From: Clostridia bacterium
Lineage (GTDB): Bacteria > Bacillota > Clostridia > Christensenellales > CAG-138
NCBI GenBank assembly: GCA_017394835.1
Contig: JAFPXD010000067.1
Location: 15,929-79,928, forward strand
Direction: 5' to 3'
Length of the DNA: 64,000 nucleotides
The stretch's first letter is position 1, and the number at the start of each line of letters is the position of its first letter. Shown here piece after piece: positions 35,815 through 46,036 of the stretch. The position numbers were made by a program, and so were the translations under genes. Below the pieces are notes generated by a model. It was not told the origin of the DNA. It did not search any database and saw only the letters and a list, made by a program, of their open reading frames with translations.

Positions 35815-36417
35815 TCAGTTCTGTTTCATCCGCTCCGCCTGAGAAGGACGCAGATACATTGGTACGGCCTCGGGTACGGGCTGTACGATCCCGCGCAAAA
35901 CTTCCTTGAGAACAAGCTCCGCATCCGGGAACATATTTTCACCCAAACAGTTCCCCACCGTTCTTGCGCCTGCAGGCAGTGCTGAGATCACCTCTTCCGT
36001 AACGGCGGGAGCGGGGCCTGACAAGACTTTGCCTTCAATGAATACAGCCGCGTAACAGTTGCCGTTCCTGCAGTCGATAAACACGGCGGTCACGCCCTCA
36101 TCCGGCGCAAGGCAGCGGAGCGCGGCAAGCGAGCTTACGGGATAAACGCTTATTCCGAGGGCGTATGCCATCGCGTTTGCGCATGATACGCCTATGCGTA
36201 CCCCTGTAAACGAGCCGGGGCCAATATCGACTGCAACGCCGTCAAGACCGGACCTTTCTACCCCCGCTTCTTTCAGCGCGTTTTCTATGAGCTCCATAAG
36301 CACCGCGGAATGCGAGGCGCCGCTTTCATCCTTCTGAAAGCTCAATATCTCTCCCCCGCGCATCACGGCAGCGGAGGGGCAGCGCGACGAGGTCGATATT
36401 CCGAGCAAAGTCATCAT
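35815..36417 (-). CDS. tsaB: tRNA t6A37 biosynthesis protein TsaB
   Basis: YeaZ-type ASKHA motifs LGISTSS and DIGPGSFTGVRIGV. ATGA overlap with tsaE. Confidence 0.85.
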   Translation of the reverse strand: MMTLLGISTSSRCPSAAVMRGGEILSFQKDESGASHSAVLMELIENALKEAGVERSGLDGVAVDIGPGSFTGVRIGVSCANAMAYALGISVYPVSSLAALRCLAPDEGVTAVFIDCRNGNCYAAVFIEGKVLSGPAPAVTEEVISALPAGARTVGNCLGENMFPDAELVLKEVLRGIVQPVPEAVPMYLRPSQAERMKQN

Positions 36418-36881
36418 AAAAGCGCCTCCGTTATTTCTTCATATCTTTTGCCGAAGGGTAAAAGCTCCACTCTGCGCAGCTCCGATCCGCTTCCCGCGAT
36501 ATGTATTTCGAGCCTTTCCGCGGGGAGCGCTTCCGGCACGTTCTCACACCATTCCATTACCTTTACGCTGTCGGAGGCCAAATGATCTTCATAACCGATA
36601 GCGTAAAGCTCGTCCGCTTCCTCGATCCTGTAAGCATCGAAATGATCGAGCGTAAGCTTTCCCCTGTGGCGGCGCACTATTGTAAAGGTGGGGCTCAAAA
36701 TGCCCTCTATGCCGAGCGCGGCGGCAATTCCTTTGGTCATAGTCGTCTTGCCGGCGCCAAGACCTCCGAAAAAGGCTATGAATGCGCCGGGGAACAGTCT
36801 TTCGCCAATAAAGCGGCCTATCGCGCGGAGCTCCGCGTCGGAATGGGCGGTCAATTCTGTTTTATGCGATACGGCGTTCAT
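36414..36881 (-). CDS. tsaE: tRNA t6A37 biosynthesis ATPase TsaE
   Basis: P-loop GGLGAGKTT and SPTFTIV motif. ATGA overlap with tgt. Confidence 0.85.
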   Translation of the reverse strand: MNAVSHKTELTAHSDAELRAIGRFIGERLFPGAFIAFFGGLGAGKTTMTKGIAAALGIEGILSPTFTIVRRHRGKLTLDHFDAYRIEEADELYAIGYEDHLASDSVKVMEWCENVPEALPAERLEIHIAGSGSELRRVELLPFGKRYEEITEALL

Positions 36882-38017
36882 CAGTTAAAAGTACCTCTGA
36901 GCATGAGCTCGTTCCTGTAATCCATGAGTCTGTCCTCACGGATGGCCTGCCTTATGCCCTCCATAAGCCTGTAAGTGAAGCGCAGATTGTGGATGGTCAA
37001 AAGCTGGGCTGCAAGTATTTCGTCGGCCTTTATCAGATGGCGGATATACGCCTTTGTGAAATGGCGGCAGGCATAGCAGTCGCAGCCTTCTTCTATGGGG
37101 GTGAAATCCTCACGATAGCCCACCTGCTTGAGGCTCTTCTTACCATCGAATGTCATTGCCAGCGCATTGCGGGCGGTGCGGGTCTGCATCACGCAGTCGA
37201 ACATATCGATACCGCGCATCGCGCCTTCTACAAGGCAATCCGGACTGCCCACGCCCATAAGATAATGAGGCTTGTTTTCGGGAAGATAGGGACGGATCGT
37301 ATCGAGCATTTCGTACATGACGGGCTTCGGCTCGCCGACCGAAAGGCCGCCTATCCCGTAACCGGGGAAATCCATAGCAGTCAAAGCCTTCGTGCTCTCT
37401 ATTCGAAGATCGCCGAACATTCCCCCTTGGATTATGCCGAAGAGCGCCTGATCTTCGCGCGTGTGAGCCGATCTGCAGCGTTCCGCCCAGCGATGAGTCC
37501 TGTCCATAGCCTTTACCGTGTAATCGTATGAGCAGCCTGCGGGGGCGCATTCGTCAAACGCCATGGCTATATCGGCGCCCAAAGCTTCCTCGATCTCCAT
37601 CACCTTTTCGGGAGTGAAGAAATGCCTGCTCCCGTCTATATGCGAATGGAACTCCACCCCGTCTTCCTTTATCTTGTTCATTGCGGCAAGGCTGAATACC
37701 TGAAATCCGCCGCTGTCTGTAAGCATGGGGCCGTGCCACTGTGAGAATTCATGCAGGCCTCCCGCCTTTTTGACAAGCTCATGACCGGGGCGCAGATACA
37801 GGTGGTAAGTATTGGAAAGAACGACTCCCGCTCCGATCTCTTTCAGATCCTTTGGGAGTATCGCCTTAACGGTCGCCTGAGTGCCGACGCACATATAGGC
37901 CGGGGTCTCTATATCTCCGTGCGGAGTATGCAGTATGCCGAGCCTTGCTCCGGTCTGCCCGCAGGTCTTTATAAGCTCGTAAGTCACGGGGGGACGCTTT
38001 TCGTTAATCTCTTGCAT
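36881..38017 (-). CDS. tgt: Queuine tRNA-ribosyltransferase
   Basis: TPAYMCVGT, LTDSGGFQV and the zinc site CDCYAC...H. ATG 38017; the track start at 38068 is an extension. Confidence 0.95.
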   Translation of the reverse strand: MQEINEKRPPVTYELIKTCGQTGARLGILHTPHGDIETPAYMCVGTQATVKAILPKDLKEIGAGVVLSNTYHLYLRPGHELVKKAGGLHEFSQWHGPMLTDSGGFQVFSLAAMNKIKEDGVEFHSHIDGSRHFFTPEKVMEIEEALGADIAMAFDECAPAGCSYDYTVKAMDRTHRWAERCRSAHTREDQALFGIIQGGMFGDLRIESTKALTAMDFPGYGIGGLSVGEPKPVMYEMLDTIRPYLPENKPHYLMGVGSPDCLVEGAMRGIDMFDCVMQTRTARNALAMTFDGKKSLKQVGYREDFTPIEEGCDCYACRHFTKAYIRHLIKADEILAAQLLTIHNLRFTYRLMEGIRQAIREDRLMDYRNELMLRGTFN

Positions 38018-38120
38018 GATCGTTCCTTTTAACGCGTAATTGCCCCGAAGGCCTTTCGGAGCAATCATATTTTACATTATACGCGCCTGTATTGCAACCG
38101 TTAAATCCCGATCGCCGCAA

Positions 38121-39578
38121 TTATACAAGACGGTCGAGTATCCGGTAAACGAGCTCCATATCGAGCCCATCCCGCACGGCCGAGGCAAGCTTTTCGTACT
38201 GTTCTTCCTTGTAATTGACGGGGTCAAACGAGCCGAGCCTTTCGTATCCCACGCCCTTTTTATCGCAAAGCGCCTTCAATACGGCTTTCGCTGCTCCTTC
38301 CGCATCGAATATCCCGTGGATATAGCTCCCGTAAACGCAGCCCCTTGATACAACGGGCGAGGCTTTGCCGCTCCTTCCCATGTGGATCTCATACCCTTCG
38401 TAACGGACGCCGTTCAATCCGGCGAAAACGCCTTCTATCCCACAGAAAACGCCTTCCGTCTGCCGCTGTATCTTTTCACCTTCGAAAACAGTTTCGATCG
38501 GGAGCAGGCCTATCCCGCCGATCTCGCTTATCCCGGAGGATTCCACGTTTTCGGGATCGGCTATGCGGGTACCGAGCATCTGATAACCGCCGCATACGCC
38601 GAATACGGGCGTATTCCTTGAAGCCGCCTGTTTTATCTTCGCTTCAAGGCCGCATTCGCGCAGCCAGACGAGATCCGATATGGTGCTCTTTGTGCCGGGA
38701 ATGACTATCATATCCGGCTCGCCGAGTTCCGACGGGCGTTCGATATAGCGGACGGATACGTTTTCAAAGCGTTCGAAAGGCGCAAGATCGGTGAAATTGG
38801 AGATGCGCGGAAGCTTTATAACCGCTATGTCGATGAGCTTCTTCGCGCCCTTGCCGAATCTTTCGGAAAGGCTGTCCTCATCGTCTATATCGACGTGCAG
38901 ATACGGCACAACGCCGGCGACGGGCACGCCGCAGAGCCTTTCGAGTATCTCAAGGCCGGGTTCGAGTATCTTTTTATCGCCGCGGAATTTATTGACGACA
39001 GTACCCTTTACGCGGGCGCGCTCATCGGGATCGAGCAAAGCGACCGTTCCGTAAAGCTGAGCGAAAACGCCGCCGCGGTCTATATCCCCCACGAGCAAAA
39101 CGGGCGCGTCAACGAGCTTTGCCAAGCCCATATTGACTATATCCTCCTGCTTAAGGTTTATTTCCGCAGGGCTCCCCGCGCCCTCTATCACTATTATATC
39201 GTTTTCGTCGGCAAGCGAGCTGTATGCTTCCATGACCGCGGGAACGAACTCGCGTTTGCGGCGGTAATACTCCATAGCGCGCATGTTCCCTATGGGCCTG
39301 CCGTTCACTATCACCTGACTCCCCACGTCGGTAGTGGGCTTTAGCAGTATCGGATTCATGCGGACGTCGGGCTCCTTCCCCGCCGCCTCCGCCTGCACCA
39401 CCTGCGCTCTGCCCATCTCAAAGCCGTCCTTCGTGATAAATGAGTTGAGCGCCATGTTCTGGCTCTTGAAGGGCGCGACCTTAAAGCCGTCCTGCTTGAA
39501 TATGCGGCAGAGCCCCGCGCAGAGCAGGCTCTTTCCCGCATTGGACATAGTGCCCTGTATCATTATGTTTTTTGCCAT
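38121..39578 (-). CDS. cobQ: Cobyric acid synthase (CobQ/CbiP)
   Basis: [12 protein letters not shown] nucleotide-binding start and GATase domain [15 protein letters not shown] lies 7 nt before ATG 39578; the track start at 39719 is an extension into cobD. Confidence 0.92.
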   Translation of the reverse strand: MAKNIMIQGTMSNAGKSLLCAGLCRIFKQDGFKVAPFKSQNMALNSFITKDGFEMGRAQVVQAEAAGKEPDVRMNPILLKPTTDVGSQVIVNGRPIGNMRAMEYYRRKREFVPAVMEAYSSLADENDIIVIEGAGSPAEINLKQEDIVNMGLAKLVDAPVLLVGDIDRGGVFAQLYGTVALLDPDERARVKGTVVNKFRGDKKILEPGLEILERLCGVPVAGVVPYLHVDIDDEDSLSERFGKGAKKLIDIAVIKLPRISNFTDLAPFERFENVSVRYIERPSELGEPDMIVIPGTKSTISDLVWLRECGLEAKIKQAASRNTPVFGVCGGYQMLGTRIADPENVESSGISEIGGIGLLPIETVFEGEKIQRQTEGVFCGIEGVFAGLNGVRYEGYEIHMGRSGKASPVVSRGCVYGSYIHGIFDAEGAAKAVLKALCDKKGVGYERLGSFDPVNYKEEQYEKLASAVRDGLDMELVYRILDRLV

Positions 39579-40615
39579 TGCAATACCTCCGATACGGCTT
39601 TTGTCAGCCTTTCGTTTTCCTCGGGCAGCTTCACGGCGATGCGGTAAAACCCCTCCCCGAGTCCATGATAGTTCGAGCAGTCCCTTATCTTGACGCCCTT
39701 TTCGAGCAGTTTTTCGCAAAGCCCCGCTTCACCTTTGAAAAGCAGGTAGTTGACCTCCGAAGGGAATACGATAAAGCCCATATTCATAAGCGAAGCCGAA
39801 AGCCTTTCCCTTTCCGCGCGTATGAGCTTCCTCGTTTTTTCAAGGAATTCCGTTTCCTTCAGCGCCGCCGCGCCGGCTTCCTGCGCCGGGACCGAAACGT
39901 TCCATTGCTGAGTTTGGCGGGACATTCGGGCAAGCAGACCGCGATCGGCCGTTAGGCTGTAGCCGAGCCTTATTCCCGCCATACCGAAGCTTTTTGTAAA
40001 CGCTTTAAGTACGACCGCGTTGGGATAGTGGGAAAGCCGGGGCACAAAGCTTTTATTTTCATCGGCAAGATCCATAAAGCATTCGTCTATGAAGAGCCTT
40101 ATGCCGAGCCTTTCACAAAGCCTTGCCGTTTCCTCGATAAGCTCCGCATCCGCAGTAAGTCCCGTTGGATTGTTCGGATCGCAGATAAACACAGCATCCG
40201 GCTTTGTTTCCTCTATCTGCCGCAGTACGGAAGGCGTCAGTCTGAAATCGTTTTCCTCTGAAAGAAAGTGCCTCACGATAAGGGCGCCCTCCGCAGGGAG
40301 CGAGTATTCCGCAAAGGTCGGAGCGAGCTCCAGCACGGATCCCGGCCTTTCGGAATGGGCGAAAGCATAGATCAGCTCCGCGGCGCCGGCGCCGCAAAGC
40401 ACGTATTCCTTCGGGACGTTTTCATGCTCCGCGATAGCCGAAACGAGCTTTCGGCAGTACGGATCGGGGTAATGCGCCGCGTTTTCGAGCGCGCGGACAA
40501 CGGCCCTTTTTACGCCTTCCGGCATGCCGAAGGGGTTTGTGTTAGCTGAAAAATCGAGCTCGATATTTCCCTCGTATATGTCTCCGCCATGGAGATTTTC
40601 GGAATTATAAAGCAT
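39563..40615 (-). CDS. cobD: Threonine-phosphate decarboxylase (CobD, class I/II aminotransferase fold)
   Basis: Histidinol-phosphate-aminotransferase-like PLP fold ([16 protein letters not shown]). Sits between cbiB and cobQ. Confidence 0.8.
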   Translation of the reverse strand: MLYNSENLHGGDIYEGNIELDFSANTNPFGMPEGVKRAVVRALENAAHYPDPYCRKLVSAIAEHENVPKEYVLCGAGAAELIYAFAHSERPGSVLELAPTFAEYSLPAEGALIVRHFLSEENDFRLTPSVLRQIEETKPDAVFICDPNNPTGLTADAELIEETARLCERLGIRLFIDECFMDLADENKSFVPRLSHYPNAVVLKAFTKSFGMAGIRLGYSLTADRGLLARMSRQTQQWNVSVPAQEAGAAALKETEFLEKTRKLIRAERERLSASLMNMGFIVFPSEVNYLLFKGEAGLCEKLLEKGVKIRDCSNYHGLGEGFYRIAVKLPEENERLTKAVSEVLQWQKT

Positions 40616-41588
40616 GGGTCAAAACCAGTATTATGAGTCTTAGTCCCGCGAATACAATAAGCGACAAACCCGCCGCGGCGAACATTATCCTGTTTGCACG
40701 GGTAATGTCGGTGTTTTCTATCTCGCGCACAGGGTCGCCTATGAACTCCTTTTTGTGCAGCGCGCCGTGATAGTATGCGTCGCCCGCGAGCCGCAAGCCC
40801 AGCAGTCCCGCCATAACAGATTCGGTCTGGGCGGAGTTGGGGCTCGCGTGCTTATAACGGTCGCGTCTGAATATGCGGAGGCCGTTTTTCGCATCGAAAC
40901 CGAGCAGCGCCCCGCCTGAAAGCATTATGACGGCGGACAGCCTTGCGGGAATGAAATTGAAAAGATCGTCGAGCTTCGCGGGAAAGAAGCCGAAATGCTT
41001 ATACGGCGGCTCAACGTAGCCGAGCATCGAATCCATCGTGTTGACGGCCTTATACAGCATTCCGAGCGGCCCGCCGCCTATCGCAAGAAACATGAGCGGC
41101 GCGATCACGCCATCCGAGGCGTTTTCCGCAACGGTCTCCACGGCGGCGCGGGCTACGGCCTTTTCGTCAAGGGAAGCCGTATCGCGCCCGACTATCATTG
41201 AAACGGCCCTGCGCGAAGCTTCAATATCGCCCGTATCAAGGGCATATTTCACCTTCATGCTCTCGTCGCGGAGAGACCTTGCGGCAAGGCACTGCCAGCA
41301 CATTACGCTTTCGGCGGCAAACCCGAACCACGGAGTGACCTTGTAAAGCAAAAACAGAATGACGGCGGGAACTGCGAACGCCGCGGCTGCGACCATTGTC
41401 CAGAGCACTCCTCCCGCGGCCTTTTCTCCGCGTTCCGTTTTCGGGAACGCCTTTCTCAAAAGCTTTTCCAATGCCGAAATAAGCTTCCCCATGAGCACCA
41501 CAGGATGCGGGATCGAATGCGGATCACCGACCGCAATATCTATGACCGCGCCCGCGAGGAGCGCGAATAAAGACCATTTACCGAACAT
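40605..41588 (-). CDS. cbiB: Adenosylcobinamide-phosphate synthase (CbiB)
   Basis: Integral membrane protein with GDPHSIPHPV and SPNSAQTES motifs typical of CbiB/CobD. Confidence 0.88.
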   Translation of the reverse strand: MFGKWSLFALLAGAVIDIAVGDPHSIPHPVVLMGKLISALEKLLRKAFPKTERGEKAAGGVLWTMVAAAAFAVPAVILFLLYKVTPWFGFAAESVMCWQCLAARSLRDESMKVKYALDTGDIEASRRAVSMIVGRDTASLDEKAVARAAVETVAENASDGVIAPLMFLAIGGGPLGMLYKAVNTMDSMLGYVEPPYKHFGFFPAKLDDLFNFIPARLSAVIMLSGGALLGFDAKNGLRIFRRDRYKHASPNSAQTESVMAGLLGLRLAGDAYYHGALHKKEFIGDPVREIENTDITRANRIMFAAAGLSLIVFAGLRLIILVLTHAL

Positions 41589-43558
41589 CAGCCCTGAAAT
41601 GTGAACACGTAAACGGGGTTGCGCGCAGTCATAAGGTTATACCCCCCGATCCGACGCGCCTTTGAAACGTTTATCATAACGGCTTCCTTTTCGGCAAAGT
41701 CCCTCTCATTCATAAGCTTGGTGAGCTCCGCCGCCGTTTCGAGCGATACTGCCGCCGCGACTATCCGCGCGTGTGGCGATCTCTCCCATACAAGCTCCGC
41801 TATCTCGCGAATGCTGCCGGAGCTGCCCCCTATGAAAACGTGCGTGGGAGCGGGCAGATCCGTGCATGCTTCCGGGGCCGCGCCCGTGACCGAAACAATG
41901 TTCACCGTGCCGAAGGCCTCCGCGTTGGCTTTCAAAAGCTCAGCGGCTTCGGGCTTTTTCTCTATCGCATAAACCTTTCCGCGAGGAGCGGCGAGCGCCA
42001 TTTCAACGGAGACCGAGCCCGTTCCCGCGCCAACGTCCCAGCACACCGAATCGGGCAAAAGACGAAGCTTTGACATGACTATCGCCCTTATTTCGGATTT
42101 GGTCATGGGCACTATGGGCTTTTCATCCGCGCTGCGGGTAAACGCCTCGTCCGGGAGCCCCGCGGCGGAGCTTTCGATATTATCGTTTTCAATGAGGAGC
42201 GCGCAAAGGGGATCGAACTTTGTGTTTTTAAGCTCCGCGGCAGAGCCCTCTGTGATGCGTTCCTCCGGATAGCCGAGCCTTTCGCCCGCCCAAAGCTTTA
42301 CGTTTTCAAGGCCCGCTGAGCAAAGCTCCTTAATGAGCTTCCCCGCGCCGTTCTCACCTCCGACGAGAGCGAACACGCTGCGGTTCCTGCGGACGGCCGG
42401 GACGATCGCGGCGTCTCTTCCATGGAGGCTGACCGCCGCCGTGTTTTCGTAAGAAGCCCCCGCCTTTGCGCAGAGGTATGAAAGCGAGCTTACGCCCGGT
42501 ATCACCCTCACATCACAAAAATCGAGCTTGGGAACGAGCTTTTTGGCTCCGCTGAAGAAGCCGACGTCGCCGCTCAGCATGACCGCAAAGCGGGAGAATT
42601 CCTTGTGTTCCTTTATTACGCTTATTATCGCATCCGGCGATATTGCCTCGAATACCGTCTGATCCGGCCTCGCAGTCTCAAGCATGCGGGCGGCGCCTAT
42701 AAGGCATTCCGCATGGGAAGCCGCTTCCGCCGCTTCCGCAGTCATGCCCGCTCTTGTTCCCGTACCCACTCCTATTACGCTTACGCTCGGGCGCGATACG
42801 AACCCGAAACGCTTTTCTAAAAGCTCCAGCGTTTCTTCAAACGTTGATCCCAGAGCGCCGCTTTCCGGACGCCCTATGACAATGAGCTTCGCGCCCGCCT
42901 TCATTGCGGCAAGCGCCTTTTCCTCAAAGCCGCCCGCCTTGCCGGAATCCTTCGTTACGACGTAAGCGGCGTTCACGGACTTTATCATAGCCGCGTTCAT
43001 GCCCACGGAGAATGGCCCCTGCATCGCGAGTATGTGGGAGGGCTTCAGACCCGCCTCGCGGCAGGCGGTTATAGAGCTTTCAACAGGGAGCACCCTTGCA
43101 AAAGCTCTTTCATCAAAATCTTTGATCCCCGAAAAAGCGGCAAGCTCCTTCGAACCCGTAGTCAGCAGGATATTGCCTATCGCACCGCTTAAGTATTCCA
43201 CCGCTTCCGGAATATCCTTTACGCAGACGGCGCTTTCCGGCGCGCCTTCTCCGCTTCTTTCGACGCGAAGGTATTCCGTGCCCGTTTCAAGGCAAGCATG
43301 CATCAGGTTTTCAGTCACGACGGACGCATACGGGTGGGTCGCGTCTATGACAAGATCAAAGCGCTCTTTTGAAAAGAGCTCCTTCATCTCCTCAAGATCC
43401 ATTCTCTTGGACAGCACCTTGAGCTTTTCGGCGGGTTCTATAAGCTCCCCGCCGTATTCCGTCGCCGTGCAGGCCGTAACGAGAGCATCCTGCAGGCTGA
43501 GAAGATCCGCTATCCTTCTTCCTTCGGTGGTTCCGGCAAAAACACAGAGCTTAAACAT
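41588..43558 (-). CDS. cbiJ-cbiE-cbiT: Triple fusion: cobalt-precorrin-6A reductase (CbiJ) + cobalt-precorrin-7 C5-methyltransferase (CbiE) + cobalt-precorrin-6B C15-methyltransferase, decarboxylating (CbiT)
   Basis: aa 1-~245 are CbiJ-like (CVFAGTTEGR, IDATHPYA, MQGPFS). aa ~250-455 are CbiE-like (VIGVGTG...VIPGVSS). aa ~460-656 are CbiT-like with SAM motif WDVGAGTGSVS. Confidence 0.85.
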   Translation of the reverse strand: MFKLCVFAGTTEGRRIADLLSLQDALVTACTATEYGGELIEPAEKLKVLSKRMDLEEMKELFSKERFDLVIDATHPYASVVTENLMHACLETGTEYLRVERSGEGAPESAVCVKDIPEAVEYLSGAIGNILLTTGSKELAAFSGIKDFDERAFARVLPVESSITACREAGLKPSHILAMQGPFSVGMNAAMIKSVNAAYVVTKDSGKAGGFEEKALAAMKAGAKLIVIGRPESGALGSTFEETLELLEKRFGFVSRPSVSVIGVGTGTRAGMTAEAAEAASHAECLIGAARMLETARPDQTVFEAISPDAIISVIKEHKEFSRFAVMLSGDVGFFSGAKKLVPKLDFCDVRVIPGVSSLSYLCAKAGASYENTAAVSLHGRDAAIVPAVRRNRSVFALVGGENGAGKLIKELCSAGLENVKLWAGERLGYPEERITEGSAAELKNTKFDPLCALLIENDNIESSAAGLPDEAFTRSADEKPIVPMTKSEIRAIVMSKLRLLPDSVCWDVGAGTGSVSVEMALAAPRGKVYAIEKKPEAAELLKANAEAFGTVNIVSVTGAAPEACTDLPAPTHVFIGGSSGSIREIAELVWERSPHARIVAAAVSLETAAELTKLMNERDFAEKEAVMINVSKARRIGGYNLMTARNPVYVFTFQG

Positions 43559-44282
43559 TTCTGTACCCCCTCGGAGTTACCATGCTCCCGTTTATCATTT
43601 TGGCAGATGAATTGCCTATAAAAACCGTGCAGAACATATCCGCCGGGAACTCCGCAAGCTCCGAAAGCGGCATGAAGAATCGCTCCTCCCCCTCGCGCCC
43701 TATATTGCGGGCAACGCCGCAGATACGGTCTTCGGGAAGGTATCTCAAAAGTATTTCGCAGGCCTTTTTCAGATGATCGGGGCGGCCGTGGCTCGCCGGA
43801 TTGTAAAGGGCGATCGAAAAATCCGCCTCCGCCGCGTTCACCAAACGCTTTTCTATGATCGCCCATTCCGTGAGCCTGTCGGAAAGCGATATAACGGCGA
43901 AATCGTGCGTGAGCGGCGCGCCCAGAAGCGCCGCGCCCGAGCAGGCGGCGGTAAGACCGGGTACTACCTCTATCTCGGGCTCCGCGTCTTCACCGCGAAG
44001 CTCGAAGCAAAGCCCCGCCATGCCGTAAATGCCGCTGTCGCCGGAGCAGACGAGCGCGGTATTCCTGCCTTTTTTCGCTTCGTCCAACGCCATGCGGCAG
44101 CGCTCCGCTTCACGCGTCATGGGAGTGGTGAGGTATTCCTTTTCGGGATAACGCGCTTTTACAAGCTCGACGTAAACGTGATAGCCTATTATCGCGTCCG
44201 CGCTTTTCAGCGCCTCGTCCGCGCGGACGGTCATGTTTTCGTAATTGCCGGGGCCTATGCCCACAACGTAAAGCTTACTCAA
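43551..44282 (-). CDS. cbiH: Cobalt-factor III / precorrin-3B C17-methyltransferase (CbiH)
   Basis: LYVVGIGPGN and VCSGDSGIYGMA motifs. TTG 44282 follows GGAGGT by 5 nt; the track start (TTG 44303) would contain that RBS. Confidence 0.88.
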   Translation of the reverse strand: MSKLYVVGIGPGNYENMTVRADEALKSADAIIGYHVYVELVKARYPEKEYLTTPMTREAERCRMALDEAKKGRNTALVCSGDSGIYGMAGLCFELRGEDAEPEIEVVPGLTAACSGAALLGAPLTHDFAVISLSDRLTEWAIIEKRLVNAAEADFSIALYNPASHGRPDHLKKACEILLRYLPEDRICGVARNIGREGEERFFMPLSELAEFPADMFCTVFIGNSSAKMINGSMVTPRGYRNV

Positions 44283-45285
44283 ATCGCACCTCCGTTTTTT
44301 CAAGCGCGGCGGCGACTGTCACGCCGCCCTGCGCAGTCTTCCTTATTATGAGCTCGTCCGCTCCCATAAGCGCCGCGCGCTCGCATACGTTATCCACGCC
44401 CGTCACGCTCTTCACGAAATCGGAGGGGGTGAAATCGCCCTTGACGGCGGCAAGCTCCTCCGCCGAATAAAAGCTTATCGGGAGCCCTCTTTCACGGCAA
44501 AATCCCAAAAGGCCCGCCTCGTCCTTTTTGAGGTCTATGGATGCGGCGGATTTTACCGCGCGCGGGTCGATCCCTTTTTCCTCAAGCACAGTGTTTACGG
44601 CGTTTTCGATCGCTTCCTTCGTCGCGCCCCTTCGGCAGCCTATGCCGAGCGTTACGCATTTTGGGATGAGGCGGAGAGTTCGATTAAACGGCTCTTCGGT
44701 ACGGTACGTGATAAAGATCCCCGTAACGCCTTCGCCTATCTTGAGCCCAGCGGGGAGCTCGCCCGTTATCGGAAGATCGCTCTTTAGCGGGACTTCCCCC
44801 TCGAGCACGGCGGCGGAAACGGCCTTCGCTGCCCCCATGTCGCTTATTTCGTAACCCTGCGTTTTCGCCCATGAATCCACGGAAAAACGGCCGTTCCTGT
44901 CAGTCGCGGTAGTGACGACGGGCACGGCGCCTATGGCTTCGGCAATGCGCTCCGTGAGCTCGTTCGCGCCGCCCAGATGCCCGGAAAGAAGGGAGACCGC
45001 GAACCTTCCCGTTTCATCGACGGCGATAACGGCGGGATCGGTCGTTTTGCTCTTTACAAAGGGCGCTACGCACCTTACCGCGATCCCGCAGGAGGATACG
45101 AAAACGAGCGCTTCGGATGCGCCGAACGCCTCCTCATAGAGCGGCGCCGAGGGCTTTGGAAGGGGCAAAAAGCCATCGCCCGAAAGCCTTTCAGCAGTAT
45201 AAAAGCGGAGCTCGCCCGAAAGCGCTTCGCCTATGCGACGCGCGGTCTCGATCCCTTTTTTGCTGTATGCGAAAAGCGTTATCAT
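44275..45285 (-). CDS. cbiG: Cobalt-precorrin-5A hydrolase (CbiG)
   Basis: Two-domain CbiG architecture (LVFVSSCGIAVR, VTLGIGCRRG). ATGA overlap with cbiF; the track start at 45357 is an extension. Confidence 0.85.
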   Translation of the reverse strand: MITLFAYSKKGIETARRIGEALSGELRFYTAERLSGDGFLPLPKPSAPLYEEAFGASEALVFVSSCGIAVRCVAPFVKSKTTDPAVIAVDETGRFAVSLLSGHLGGANELTERIAEAIGAVPVVTTATDRNGRFSVDSWAKTQGYEISDMGAAKAVSAAVLEGEVPLKSDLPITGELPAGLKIGEGVTGIFITYRTEEPFNRTLRLIPKCVTLGIGCRRGATKEAIENAVNTVLEEKGIDPRAVKSAASIDLKKDEAGLLGFCRERGLPISFYSAEELAAVKGDFTPSDFVKSVTGVDNVCERAALMGADELIIRKTAQGGVTVAAALEKTEVRFE

Positions 45286-46034
45286 TTGGCCTTCCTGAAC
45301 TCCGTTGTGAATTTCGGGTCGTACAGAAGCGAGCGCAGGTAATCTTCGCCCATACATCCGCCTACTATTATTAGGCTCGTTTTCTTCAAGCCGTTCTCCG
45401 TGACGGTCTTATGGAGCGTTCCCACCGTGCAGCGGAATATGCGTTCGTCCGGCCAGGTCGCCTTATAGACCACGGCGGCGGGGGTATCCTCGGTATAACC
45501 GCCCTCTATGAGCTCCCGCTGGAGTTTTTCTGTAAGCGAGGTCGAAAGGAAGAGCACCATGGTCGCGTTGTGCGCAGCCAAGGATGCGATGCTTTCCTTT
45601 TCCGGTACGGGCGTTTTGCCCGCGGCTCTCGTTATTATGACCGTCTGGCTGACGCCGGGAAGGGTGTATTCCGCCTTCAGAGAGGCCGCCGCTCCGCAGA
45701 ACGAGCTGACACCGGGGGTCACGTCGTAATCTATCCCGAGGGCGTCGAGCTCATCGAACTGCTCGCGCACCGCGCCGTAGATAGAGCTGTCGCCTGTGTG
45801 GAGGCGGACGGTGGTCTTCCCCGCCGCTTCCGCGTTTTTTATGGCCTCAACGACCTCTTCAAGGGTCAGCTTCGCGCTGTCCATTATCTCGCAGTCGGGT
45901 CTGCAGTAAGAAAGCAGCTCCGGATTGACGAGCGAACCCGCCCATATCACGACGTCCGCTTCCGAAAGGAGCCTCGCGCCGCGCACGGTGATGAGATCTG
46001 CGGCGCCCGAGCCCGCTCCCACAAAATGCACCAT
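45282..46034 (-). CDS. cbiF: Cobalt-precorrin-4 C11-methyltransferase (CbiF)
   Basis: VHFVGAGSGAADLITVRG and RLHTGDSSIYGA motifs. ATG 46034 lies 7 nt after GGAGG. The alternative ATG 46040 overlaps the cbiD stop. Confidence 0.88.
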   Translation of the reverse strand: MVHFVGAGSGAADLITVRGARLLSEADVVIWAGSLVNPELLSYCRPDCEIMDSAKLTLEEVVEAIKNAEAAGKTTVRLHTGDSSIYGAVREQFDELDALGIDYDVTPGVSSFCGAAASLKAEYTLPGVSQTVIITRAAGKTPVPEKESIASLAAHNATMVLFLSTSLTEKLQRELIEGGYTEDTPAAVVYKATWPDERIFRCTVGTLHKTVTENGLKKTSLIIVGGCMGEDYLRSLLYDPKFTTEFRKAK

Positions 46035-46036
46035 AG

